A stretch of DNA of 41,990 nt from a virus (Duplodnaviria; Caudoviricetes): positions 1-41,990 of IMG/VR virus record IMGVR_UViG_3300037467_001195; one strand, written 5' to 3'. Below the pieces are notes generated by a model that was given only the letters and a program-made list of their open reading frames with translations, searched no databases and was not told the DNA's origin. Within the stretch, counting starts at the first letter, position 1. Every line of letters starts with the position of its first letter. Position numbers and translations under genes: made by a program. This document shows, in pieces, positions 33,470 to 41,990 of this stretch.

Positions 33470-33528
33470 CGTCGTTTCCTTCGGGGGCGCATCACTGCGA
33501 TACCCTTGCTCCAATCTTGCCTTTCGGC

Positions 33529-33666
33529 CTAGTGGCTGGGAGCTATCAGCCTGCTAACTTCTGCATATTCCTCTTTGAGCTTCTTCAGCCCTTCGGGAGT
33601 GGTGATGTCTTGTCCGCGACGGTAGGCCGCTAGGACGAATTGATAGGCGCGTTCTTCGTCGGTCAT
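33529..33666 (-). CDS. Small hypothetical protein (45 aa)
   Basis: Manual translation MTDEERAYQFVLAAYRRGQDITTPEGLKK... Confidence 0.5.
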   Translation of the reverse strand: MTDEERAYQFVLAAYRRGQDITTPEGLKKLKEEYAEVSRLIAPSH

Positions 33667-33672
33667 GAGCCG

Positions 33673-33888
33673 CTACCGAATCGGCTTGCCCTGCATCCAC
33701 TGCAAGTCTCGCCACGCTTCGAGCGCAATTAGTTTGAATCGGCTCTCCACGTACTTTTCGCTCATCGCGTCATGCAATACGTTGAAGCTGAACAGCTTTT
33801 TCGTTGTGTGCCCGTTCTCAGAAAATTCGACGTAATACCGTTTGTTATCGCCTGCGGACGGACTGCGCTCGATGCTTTCAATGTTCAC
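33673..33888 (-). CDS. Hypothetical protein
   Basis: GTGA-coupled ORF, 71 aa. Confidence 0.6.
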   Translation of the reverse strand: MNIESIERSPSAGDNKRYYVEFSENGHTTKKLFSFNVLHDAMSEKYVESRFKLIALEAWRDLQWMQGKPIR

Positions 33889-34238
33889 AGCATCACCTTT
33901 TCGCCGTTCTGAAGCACATAGCCCACAGGACCGACCTCGACACGAATACCGCCGAACTTCGGGCTATCCACCGTGCCGGAAGCGTTGGGATGAGAGATGG
34001 ATGTGATCCTGAGATCAGGTTCCCATCCGTTTCTCTCATGCACTAGCGAAACGAGTCCATCCCAAGAAAGTCCTTGGCCTGTTCCCTCATCGTCGGGTTC
34101 TGGTGCCGCAGTTCCAACAGGGCTAATTTGCCCGTGTCCACTGTCTGCGTCAGGGCTAACTTGATCTTTTGGAGCATCGTCAGCGCCAGGAACAGCTTTT
34201 CTCGGCCGTCCGCGTCTCTTTGTGGGCTCGTTTTCCAT
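33885..34238 (-). CDS. Hypothetical protein with RRGRPRK motif, overlapping 34043-34345
   Basis: ORF track; 3' half is non-overlapping and coupled to the next gene. Confidence 0.45.
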   Translation of the reverse strand: MENEPTKRRGRPRKAVPGADDAPKDQVSPDADSGHGQISPVGTAAPEPDDEGTGQGLSWDGLVSLVHERNGWEPDLRITSISHPNASGTVDSPKFGGIRVEVGPVGYVLQNGEKVML

Positions 34239-34345
34239 GCTTGGGTAAGTTCTTCCTCGATCGATTCAAAGGCTCGCTGGAATTCCTCGTTTTCAAGGAC
34301 TTCCTTGGCCCGCGTTCCTCTGCTTAGCTTTTCTTCTTCGGTCAT
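34043..34345 (-). CDS. Conserved small head-module protein
   Basis: RGTRAKEVLENEEF..W..S...DGREKLF; typical between portal and scaffold. Confidence 0.75.
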   Translation of the reverse strand: MTEEEKLSRGTRAKEVLENEEFQRAFESIEEELTQAWKTSPQRDADGREKLFLALTMLQKIKLALTQTVDTGKLALLELRHQNPTMREQAKDFLGMDSFR

Positions 34346-34827
34346 AGGGCCATCAAGAGCATTTCAATGTCTTCCTCATCCTGCATTCGCTGGACGAGGG
34401 CCATGAGAGCTGCGTATTGGGCCGCAGCAATCATCCGGTTCACCGCATCGATCTCGCCCTGTCTCTTGGCGAGCTCTCGAATGTCGGGCAGGGGAACAAC
34501 TTCCTGAACCTGCCTTTTCGCCTGCTTGACTTCCTTGGGCTTGGGCGTCGGTACAGCTTTAACCTCTGGCTCGATCTCCTGCGGCTCTTTAGTCGATGCA
34601 AGGACCGTCAGAGCTGCTTTTTTGTCCGTGAAGACTAAAAGCTCTCCGTCCTTCAGGACGATCCACTTGCGCTTAGCCTTCGGTCGTCTTTCGCGTCCAA
34701 CCGTTGTCCCGCCGCCTGTCTGGAATGCTCCAAACTGGAACGCACCTCGTTGAAAGGCCTCGCCGGAGGCTACTAGCGACTGAAACGATGTGCCCTGAAA
34801 TGCTCCGGGCTGAAATGCGCTAACCAC
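34342..34827 (-). CDS. Hypothetical protein with AFQxxAFQ repeats
   Basis: AFQPGAFQ..AFQRGAFQFGAFQ; acidic DEEDIEMLL tail. Confidence 0.75.
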   Translation of the reverse strand: MVSAFQPGAFQGTSFQSLVASGEAFQRGAFQFGAFQTGGGTTVGRERRPKAKRKWIVLKDGELLVFTDKKAALTVLASTKEPQEIEPEVKAVPTPKPKEVKQAKRQVQEVVPLPDIRELAKRQGEIDAVNRMIAAAQYAALMALVQRMQDEEDIEMLLMAL

Positions 34828-35260
34828 GATAAATGCATTTAAGCGTCTGGTCGTTGGCTAGTTGACGATGGATTGCACATGCTTTCATGAATTCGCGCTC
34901 GCCCTCGCCAGAGGCCCACAGACCAATTGCTACCATCACACCAAACACGGGAGACGCCACCCCAGCACCCATAAGCGCCAAGACATTGTTCGCCGCTGCC
35001 GCGCCCCACACTGCATTGACAGAATGAAGGGCTTGCGTGCGTGCAGGCTCATCCTGCCCCGCAGCCATTTCAACGATCGCACCTTTCAGCGCACAGGAGG
35101 CCACAGGACCAATGGGGTTCATCTCGGTCAATCCAAACGCAATCCCCGCTCCTGTCGTCACGCAATCCATCGCTCCATCACGAATAGCATCCGCTTTCGC
35201 ATCGGCAATCGCAGCACCGCTCGCGAAGAAGAAAAGCGAGACAACGAGAGCGCGGATCAT
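34820..35260 (-). CDS. Hypothetical membrane/secreted protein
   Basis: Signal-like N-terminus, hydrophobic segments, EMNP motif. Confidence 0.65.
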   Translation of the reverse strand: MIRALVVSLFFFASGAAIADAKADAIRDGAMDCVTTGAGIAFGLTEMNPIGPVASCALKGAIVEMAAGQDEPARTQALHSVNAVWGAAAANNVLALMGAGVASPVFGVMVAIGLWASGEGEREFMKACAIHRQLANDQTLKCIYRG

Positions 35261-35478
35261 GTCGCCGCAGGGTCCGTGATGGTCGCTTGACTTAGACGAT
35301 ATTGCCGAGTGACGCTTTTAATCATCGCGATCACCTCTTGGCGCATGTCTTCGAGGATCTGTGCATTGGTCGGGTTAGGAACTCCCACCGAGGCATAGCG
35401 CAGTTTCAACGCAGCTTGCACATCGGGAAAGTCCGCATCGGGAATTGAGATTGCGCCAATATCCAGAAGTGTTGCCAT
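35257..35478 (-). CDS. Hypothetical protein
   Basis: 73-aa ORF after the fibre-like gene. Confidence 0.65.
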   Translation of the reverse strand: MATLLDIGAISIPDADFPDVQAALKLRYASVGVPNPTNAQILEDMRQEVIAMIKSVTRQYRLSQATITDPAAT

Positions 35479-35481
35479 GCT

Positions 35482-36690
35482 TTATCCAATCAGCCAGTTC
35501 GTACCATCGGAGACCACTGGAACCTTGTTCGCCCCACCACCAGCGACAGTCGAAAGGAACGTTGTCGCGGTCGCGTCCGTCACAAAGGCTCTTGCCCCCG
35601 CTCCTGCTGTTGCGGCAGACGCAAGGTTTGCAACCGTCATGCTCGGCGTCTGGACATACGAGCCATTACCACCGCCAGCGAGGAGGTTGCGCAGCTTCAA
35701 GTCGCGGTATGTTCCGCCTGTGCCGCTATCAACCTCGACAACCCCGGCCGCATTCCTTTTGAGTGCCACATCCCACGCCGAGCCGCTCGGATCGGTACCG
35801 GAGTCGAAAGCGAGAATCTTGCCGCTTGGGATGTCGATTCCGCTGGCGTTGAGGCTGGCCCAATGCGTGCTGGAGCCGCCAAATGTGATATTCGAGCCCT
35901 GCGCATAAATTCCGCTCGCGCCGAAGTTGCCGACGTTCGATGAGCCAAACGACAAGGCGGGGTTGTTCACAGACCCGGCAGCAAGAACGACAGCCGGGCC
36001 GTTCGATCCCGTTCCGCCCTGCGCGCTCACCGCCATTTGAAGTGTCGATCCTGCCGCTCCACCCTTCCATTCCTCGATCACGGAGGCTAGTGCAGCAGCC
36101 GTAACAGAAACCTGATTCGTCTTCGCGGCAAACGTGACACCAGAACTATTCAGAGTCTGGGTGATCTTGAACGGATCACTCGCCGTGATCGTCCCAGCGC
36201 CCCACGTCGGCATGCCGTTCGTGCTGATGGAGGAATTGGGCACCGCACTGAAGGTCGAAGCACCGCCCCGATACTGAATCTCAGTTCCCGAGCCGCCAGG
36301 AGAGCTGCCCCCACCCGTTCCCGTTGACGCAGCAGTGACACGTCCCTTTGCATCTACTGTGATGCTGGCGTTCGTGAAACTGCCCACATTGGAATTGACG
36401 GTTGCGAGCGTGACCGCGCCCGTACTTGCCAATGTCGCATCGCCCGACACCGCAACAGGCGCATAAGCCGTCCCACCAGCGTTCCCAACGGGGATTTGTC
36501 CCGCACTCGGAGCCGTGCTGGGAACGATCGCCGCATTCGTCGGGGTGAAGCCCAGAGCTCCTGTCACATCACCGGAGACGAGGGAAACCGTGTGATTGGC
36601 GTTCCAGTGCGAAGGAAGAACTTCGCCGGCCGCAGCAGCCGTCGCATCATCAGCAATCGCGCTGACGAAGGTATGGGTGACTGTTGCCAT
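35482..36690 (-). CDS. Fibre-like virion protein
   Basis: Gly/Thr/Ser-rich; ITVDAKGRVTAAS, GARAFVTDAT, VPVVSDGTNWLIG patterns. Confidence 0.65.
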   Translation of the reverse strand: MATVTHTFVSAIADDATAAAAGEVLPSHWNANHTVSLVSGDVTGALGFTPTNAAIVPSTAPSAGQIPVGNAGGTAYAPVAVSGDATLASTGAVTLATVNSNVGSFTNASITVDAKGRVTAASTGTGGGSSPGGSGTEIQYRGGASTFSAVPNSSISTNGMPTWGAGTITASDPFKITQTLNSSGVTFAAKTNQVSVTAAALASVIEEWKGGAAGSTLQMAVSAQGGTGSNGPAVVLAAGSVNNPALSFGSSNVGNFGASGIYAQGSNITFGGSSTHWASLNASGIDIPSGKILAFDSGTDPSGSAWDVALKRNAAGVVEVDSGTGGTYRDLKLRNLLAGGGNGSYVQTPSMTVANLASAATAGAGARAFVTDATATTFLSTVAGGGANKVPVVSDGTNWLIG

Positions 36691-39131
36691 TACTGAATCC
36701 CCACCGCACGCCCGGATTGGTCACGAACGATCTGTTTGGGTCTTGCATGGGCTTGCGCAAGTCCTGCAATCGAATTAGCGAGGTTGGACAGGTGCTGTCC
36801 CATCTGCTGCTGTCCTTGAATCAGAATGTCGGCCTTCGACTGACCTTGCCCCATCAGGTCGCCCTCTGCGCTCAATTCGATGTCGCTCTCGTCTTCCTTG
36901 GCGGAAATGCGCGAGGAAATGATCTGTGCGCGTGCCTTGATAAGCGCAATCCGTTCATCAAGATCCGTGTCCCGCTGGTGCTGGATGTCCTTGTAGTGAG
37001 CTTCCAGCGCGGCGAGACGGGCATCGTTCTCCACCTTCATGGCGTGCTGCTGCGCCTCGGACGCTTGTCGATTGTTGTCAACCTGCGCTTGATATTGAGC
37101 CTTGAGTTGTTCAAGTTGGGCTTGATGCTGTCTGTCGGCAGCCTCGGACTGCGCCTTGAACTGGGCTTGCATCTGGGCGACTTGGGCACTCGATTGCGCC
37201 TTCATCTGCTCAATCTGCATCTGCCCTTGCATCGGGTTGGGAAGAGGTTTAGTCGGGTCCGGCTTGGTAAAGAACTTCTCGCCGTTCTTGAACCCCATGT
37301 TCTTCGCCAGTTCGACCGCAGCGTTGTAGACGTTCTCGGGATTCGCCACACCGATCTGAAGCGCGTTTCCTTGGGCCTGCATCAGACCCATAAGGTGAGC
37401 GACGTTCTGGTCCTTGTTCCCCGTTCCCAATCCAACATTGATGTTGATGTCGAATTGGTTTCGCCACTCGCGCGGGTCCATATCGACCCACCCGCCGGAT
37501 AGCTTGATGGACGTTCCCTTGTCCTGATGCTGGCAAACGAGCTTGAGCATCACGCGGAACAGCTCGACAAACCCCTCGGCAAAGTTGCGGGCGATCAGGT
37601 CAACCCGCATATCTGCTTTGTTCGCGACGATGTTTGCCTTGGTCGCGGTCTCAGGACGATTCAGGCTCGACGGGTCATTGCCCATCGACATCCTCGACCA
37701 GCCCGTGGCGTCTTCGTTGTACGCCTTCATGTATTCGAGCATGGACATCGTTTCTCCGATGTTTCCCTTGCCCTGATCCAATCGGCCCACAGCATCCGCG
37801 CTCTTGGTGCGGACAATTCCACCGGGCCGCGATGAGAGAAGGTCGTCCAGATTGACCTGCCCCTCTACCGCGAAGTAACGCCCGTTGACCTCCAGATAGA
37901 GGTTGTCCAGCGTGGCTCTCAAAAGAGCGGTTTCTGTCTTCTGTCCCTCTTGTGCCAAGTCAGAAATGGACAGGCCGTAGAACTTGTGGGGTTCTGGAAT
38001 CGGGCAGATGGAGACGAACGGCGCTTCGTCCGTCACTTCGTCATCCAAAGTCACCCCACCAGCGCGAGTGACCTTTCTAAGCTCCGCAATCCCGTCTCCA
38101 TCCTTGTCAACGCGGATATAAGCCTCGACAACCCACGTCTCACGCTGCGACTCGTCGAGGACCGGGTTATCCCAGTTGGAATACTCGTCATCGAACGCCA
38201 TGCGCTCAACCCATTCCAGATTGGTCGACTGAGCTTCGTCGCCCGCTCCAATCTGATCGATCTTGCTGGCTGGATAACCCATCGAGCGAAGATGGGAAAT
38301 GGTCCTGCGGAACCTGTGTCCCACAATCCGCGCGTCCTTGATGCTCTTGGCATTGCGCGAGATGAAGAACTCTTCCGGAGGAACGTTCTCGATCGTGATC
38401 TTGCCGCCTTTTTTCGTGCGCTTGCACGTCAGGTCATACAACATCGCCTTCGGTTGGGCCTGGATCTGCGCAATCTGCGCTTTCATCTGATCGCAGGCTT
38501 GAGCGGCTTGCTGGTTTCCTTGCTGGGCGGCTTGTTCAGCCTGAGCACACTGCTGGGAGAGTTGCTCGATGGCCTGTTTTCTCTGCTCGGCGTCTTCTTC
38601 GTCGGGGTAGGACTTTTGCTCCGTCACCTCGACTTCTTCATCGTCCATCAACTGGGCGAGTTCAACCTCGGTGATTCCCTTGTATTCCTCGCGCGTTTCC
38701 TCGTTTCGCGTGTCCCACCAGACCTTGAGAAACCCTCGCTTGAGCTTCAGCGCGTCCTTGAACCAGTTGTAGATAACCGAGTGACCGTTGTTCTTCTTGA
38801 AGAACAGGTAATTGAGGTAATCCGTGCAGTTCTTGGCCGCCTGCTCGTCTTGGGGTTGGGTCGGCTCGAATTCGATCACCGTGTCGCCACCAACAAACTT
38901 CACCATGAGCTGGGGAAGCATCGACTCGATGGTGTTGCGAACCACCGGAACGACGACGGACGAACGGCCTTCGATCTCCGGAGGGGCTAAGTCACCCTTG
39001 GCCTCGGCGTAGAAATACTGCTCGGCCTTTTGTCGTTGTTGGGCGAGCTTTCCACCAAAGAAACCAATGGCGTTGCGAAGCTCCGCTTCTACAAGTACGC
39101 CAAGTTCTTCGTCGGAGAGTTTGTCTGCCAT
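36690..39131 (-). CDS. Portal protein (P22-like)
   Basis: 813 aa after terL; GRSSVV, GFLKVWWD, IENVPPEEF, long Gln-rich C-terminal coil. Confidence 0.9.
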   Translation of the reverse strand: MADKLSDEELGVLVEAELRNAIGFFGGKLAQQRQKAEQYFYAEAKGDLAPPEIEGRSSVVVPVVRNTIESMLPQLMVKFVGGDTVIEFEPTQPQDEQAAKNCTDYLNYLFFKKNNGHSVIYNWFKDALKLKRGFLKVWWDTRNEETREEYKGITEVELAQLMDDEEVEVTEQKSYPDEEDAEQRKQAIEQLSQQCAQAEQAAQQGNQQAAQACDQMKAQIAQIQAQPKAMLYDLTCKRTKKGGKITIENVPPEEFFISRNAKSIKDARIVGHRFRRTISHLRSMGYPASKIDQIGAGDEAQSTNLEWVERMAFDDEYSNWDNPVLDESQRETWVVEAYIRVDKDGDGIAELRKVTRAGGVTLDDEVTDEAPFVSICPIPEPHKFYGLSISDLAQEGQKTETALLRATLDNLYLEVNGRYFAVEGQVNLDDLLSSRPGGIVRTKSADAVGRLDQGKGNIGETMSMLEYMKAYNEDATGWSRMSMGNDPSSLNRPETATKANIVANKADMRVDLIARNFAEGFVELFRVMLKLVCQHQDKGTSIKLSGGWVDMDPREWRNQFDININVGLGTGNKDQNVAHLMGLMQAQGNALQIGVANPENVYNAAVELAKNMGFKNGEKFFTKPDPTKPLPNPMQGQMQIEQMKAQSSAQVAQMQAQFKAQSEAADRQHQAQLEQLKAQYQAQVDNNRQASEAQQHAMKVENDARLAALEAHYKDIQHQRDTDLDERIALIKARAQIISSRISAKEDESDIELSAEGDLMGQGQSKADILIQGQQQMGQHLSNLANSIAGLAQAHARPKQIVRDQSGRAVGIQ

Positions 39132-39166
39132 GTGTTGGGTCGCTTCTCAGCGATGCCGTGTGTTCT

Positions 39167-40465
39167 TTATGCCGTGTTCAGCTTTGGATATTTCAGGGGT
39201 GCGGAGCTTTGTGGCGGTTCATATGCCACGCACATAAGGCCAAATGCATCCGCTCCGTGAGAGGACCAATCGTGCTCGGGACCAAGCCCAATACCGCGCT
39301 CGTCGTCCTTTTTCTCGTGATACCAGCCCAGCGCAGCCCTTCCAGCGTCTGTGGAGGACTCGTTGAACCAGATGGATGGGAACAGCCGCCTAGCCGCCTC
39401 AATGCGCATCTTTGCTGCGCCTTTGCCTTGGTTCGGAATAACAGTCACCGTGTATCCCGCCTGCCGGAAGGCCGACGCGAACGAAACGTCGTTGATCCGG
39501 TCGTTCGTGTCTCCGTCGTGCGGCAGCCAAATTCCGGCCTTCTCGTAGTTGCGCTCACGAAGCCACGCCAAGTGGGCTCCAAGGGGTTGACCGACCGCCT
39601 CGTAGTAGTCGAGAACCCTAATCTCTTTGCCGATGAATTGAGCCACCCACATTGCGAAGGCATCGGCCTTGGCTCCCGTGCCACCGAGGTCGCAAAACAC
39701 TCGCAGAGACATAAGAGGGTCCGCAGATACCCTGCCAATCCGACCCTGCTGCCTCGCTTCTATTAGGCCAGCGGCGAAATATGCGCCGTCAATGACCGAC
39801 ACATAGTCGCCCTCCCAGATATGAGCGTACTGCTCCGGCTGAATACGCAAGCAGTCGAGCCTTTCCTGCTCCAATTCGGCCGTGAACCATGGGTTGTCGC
39901 GCCAGTTCGCCGTCACCACGACAGCGCCAGTCGGCTTTTCTTGCCCCATGAACAACACGTCAACGGGATCTGTCTTGCGCCGAGGGTTGTAGCTCCACCA
40001 CATCTGCGAGCCACTAGCCCGCATCGTCGGGCGATACAAATTGATTGAGTGGCGGGTCGCCCCCTGCGCCTCTTCCCACCACCCTCGCTTGAATCCCTCC
40101 AGAGACTTGATTGAGTCCGCTGTGTAGTCGTTCATCCCCTTGAAGATGATGAGTCCATCTCCGGGCGTCGTAATGACATCGCGATAGACCTTGAAGCCAT
40201 CTGCCTCGGAAAGACCCAGCGCACTCAGCTTAGTCTCTAGCAGCAGCTTTGATGACTGCGCCAGATCCTTTTGAACTTCTCGGATGCAAACTGCCCGCAT
40301 CCCCTCGCCGCCAGAGTTGCCAGGCTCGGAGAGGCAGTCCTCAATCAACAACTCGGCGAAGAAATGTGACTTCCCACTTCCCCGACCACCTCGCCCAACC
40401 TTGTCGCGCGCTGGATCAAGCAGCGGAAGGAACACCTCCGCCGTCTTTAGTTTCAAGTCCCTCAC
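39167..40465 (-). CDS. terL: Terminase large subunit
   Basis: GGRGSGKSHF Walker A, CIREVQ, WWEEAQ Walker B, DLG, SHGADAF. Confidence 0.95.
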   Translation of the reverse strand: MRDLKLKTAEVFLPLLDPARDKVGRGGRGSGKSHFFAELLIEDCLSEPGNSGGEGMRAVCIREVQKDLAQSSKLLLETKLSALGLSEADGFKVYRDVITTPGDGLIIFKGMNDYTADSIKSLEGFKRGWWEEAQGATRHSINLYRPTMRASGSQMWWSYNPRRKTDPVDVLFMGQEKPTGAVVVTANWRDNPWFTAELEQERLDCLRIQPEQYAHIWEGDYVSVIDGAYFAAGLIEARQQGRIGRVSADPLMSLRVFCDLGGTGAKADAFAMWVAQFIGKEIRVLDYYEAVGQPLGAHLAWLRERNYEKAGIWLPHDGDTNDRINDVSFASAFRQAGYTVTVIPNQGKGAAKMRIEAARRLFPSIWFNESSTDAGRAALGWYHEKKDDERGIGLGPEHDWSSHGADAFGLMCVAYEPPQSSAPLKYPKLNTA

Positions 40466-40896
40466 GCCACCTGGGGACGAACGATTTCCCGCGTAACCTT
40501 GCCGATCTGGACGAACCCGCTGTGCTCTTGCTCGACCTTATCGCGCCACTCGGCAGCCTTGCGGTTCTTCAGCCAGAAAATGCAGGCAGTCGTGTCCGGC
40601 GGATAAAACTTGCGGATTGGCGTCTGGATGATCTCGCCGCCGACGACGCGAATATCCACCTCGTCATGCTCGTATCCGTTTGCGCGGGCATACAGGCTTC
40701 GCTCCACCCGCTCATCAGCCTCAGTCTTCCCAGCCTTTAGGGCCTGACAAAACGCCTCGTGCTCGCCTTTCCAGCGATACAAGGTGCGGGCGTCCACGTC
40801 GAAGAAGTCGGCGATTTCGATGTCAGTTGCCCCTAGCTTTGCTAGCTTGACGGCTTGCCCGACGAACTCGGGCTTGAACTTTGTTGGGCGGGCCAT
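40462..40896 (-). CDS. terS: Terminase small subunit
   Basis: MARPTKFKPE..GATDIEIADFFDV..LYRWK; PPDTTACIFWLKNR. Confidence 0.9.
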   Translation of the reverse strand: MARPTKFKPEFVGQAVKLAKLGATDIEIADFFDVDARTLYRWKGEHEAFCQALKAGKTEADERVERSLYARANGYEHDEVDIRVVGGEIIQTPIRKFYPPDTTACIFWLKNRKAAEWRDKVEQEHSGFVQIGKVTREIVRPQVA

Positions 40897-40940
40897 TTCG
40901 GGTGCCTCTCGGCGTGTCCGACAGTTGAAATTTGTGTCGA

Positions 40941-41216
40941 TCAAATGGGCTCGTATTGAGCCGTGAACTCTTCGCGCGTTAGACCCTTGATTCCGTCGGG
41001 GGTCATCACCAAAACATCGCCACAGCGAGCCCACGAGTAAGGCGCGCCAGCAATACCCAGAAGCTCGCGATCACCATCTGCACGGACAACATGCCCGCTT
41101 TCGATGAGATCCATCAATACCGGAGGCAGGAAATGGGTGGAGCGGTTTTCTATCGCGTGAAGAACAACGTCCGCATCCCAATAGTCGGTCTCCACACTTT
41201 TTGTTGCGCATCGCAT
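40941..41216 (-). CDS. Hypothetical protein
   Basis: C-terminal GDVLV..EEFTAQYEP; start uncertain. Confidence 0.55.
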   Translation of the reverse strand: MRCATKSVETDYWDADVVLHAIENRSTHFLPPVLMDLIESGHVVRADGDRELLGIAGAPYSWARCGDVLVMTPDGIKGLTREEFTAQYEPI

Positions 41217-41220
41217 GGGG

Positions 41221-41376
41221 CTATTGCGCCTCAACCAGCTCCACAACCGGAGCGACGTATTGCTTTCCGGCTGTCTGGCAATTGGGGTTGGGGCACTGAA
41301 GATTGGTTGATTGGGGAGCGGGTACAAGAATCCATCCGCAGATACAGCGGTACTGGCCTGTGATGGTGACTTGCAT
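41221..41376 (-). CDS. Small zinc-ribbon protein (51 aa)
   Basis: Manual translation MQVTITGQYRCICG...CPNPNC..GKQYVAPVVELVE. Confidence 0.55.
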   Translation of the reverse strand: MQVTITGQYRCICGWILVPAPQSTNLQCPNPNCQTAGKQYVAPVVELVEAQ

Positions 41377-41476
41377 GACGTAGGTTTGGGGATACGTTGC
41401 GTCTAGGTGGCGCGCGGACTCATGGCCTCTATCCGGCCTGCGTTGGCCTCACGATGACTGTTCGTTGCCCCAAATG

Positions 41477-41506
41477 AAAAGCCGCCTCGTCTTTCAACGG
41501 GCGGCT
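41477..41506 (-). terminator. Terminator before late operon (tR'-like)
   Basis: AGCCGCC...GGCGGCT followed by T tract on minus strand. Confidence 0.7.
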
Positions 41507-41569
41507 GTGAATTGGTTGGAGCTGTATAGCTTTTACTGCCGACACTGCCCCACCGCCAATGTGCCAGTT

Positions 41570-41830
41570 TTAGTGCCACTCTGCAAATTCCTCATGTGCC
41601 ACTTTCCATCTGTAGAACGCCGAGCACCCGCGCCTCACGCTAGGCCTTATCTCGATTGCGCGGATTTCGCGCATTACATCGAGCACGCGCAAAACCCCGA
41701 CCTTGATTGCGTGCCGCTCTTTACGATCGATGCTTCTGCCGTGCGCCACATAGCGAATGATCTGTGCCATCTTGAACCAGCGTCCCGGATAGGGGCGAAG
41801 CAGTTCCTCAATATCGTTGTAGAACTTCAA
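41570..41830 (-). CDS. Hypothetical basic protein, possible winged helix
   Basis: TTG start overlaps the stop of the Q-like gene. Confidence 0.6.
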   Translation of the reverse strand: MKFYNDIEELLRPYPGRWFKMAQIIRYVAHGRSIDRKERHAIKVGVLRVLDVMREIRAIEIRPSVRRGCSAFYRWKVAHEEFAEWH

Positions 41831-41838
41831 GCCCGCTC

Positions 41839-41990
41839 CTCTTCAAAAGCTCTTGCCACCTTCTGGGCGGCGGATTGGAGATACCTGTCATAGCCTTGGA
41901 CCGATACTCCGATCCGTTCGGCTGCGAGCTGCTTGGAGATGTTTCGCCCCCGCCTTTCCCGCTGTGGGTACTCGGCCAAGAGGACGAACT
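41839..41990. repeat. Terminal direct repeat, right copy
   Basis: 149/152 identical to 1-152. Confidence 0.95.

Noticed and set aside
32627-38990. Long + strand ORFs (32627-33532, 36684-37502, 37950-38990)
   Set aside because: Antisense shadows of scaffold and portal genes, expected from GC-rich codon bias.
41839-41990. DGR template/variable repeat pair
   Set aside because: No reverse transcriptase seen; differences are synonymous and not adenine-specific; the copies are the contig ends.

Overview
The window is an apparently complete temperate phage genome of about 41.8 kb. Bases 41839-41990 repeat bases 1-152, so the contig is circular or permuted. It has a lambdoid early region: cI/cro switch with five operators, CII-like gene, replication initiator, ninB/ninG, a Q-like gene, a YqaJ exonuclease, and a tyrosine integrase with a tRNA-derived attP. 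The late region is P22-like/podovirus: terminase, portal, scaffold, major capsid, tail adaptor and hub, ejection proteins and lysis genes. A betaproteobacterial host is inferred, not shown. The most unusual feature is at about 11.58-14.71 kb, in the early-left operon just upstream of xis/attP/int. It is a tandem array of 115-409 bp segments delimited by 15 same-strand (T)GGCGTG cores, each read in frame as Gly-Val. The left and right flanks of these cores belong to a few sequence families and occur in mixed combinations. Some segments carry a stop, RBS and new start; others are in-frame domain modules. This looks like a cassette and domain shuffling array. Other leads are a large structured non-coding element at 6.24-6.6 kb whose loop matches its own putative promoter spacer, a Xis-GIY-YIG fusion next to a second Xis, covarying GNGA-tetraloop hairpins before five late genes, and a LexA-type box between an HNH gene and a small membrane gene. 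All protein calls come from motif recognition and synteny by eye; no searches were run.
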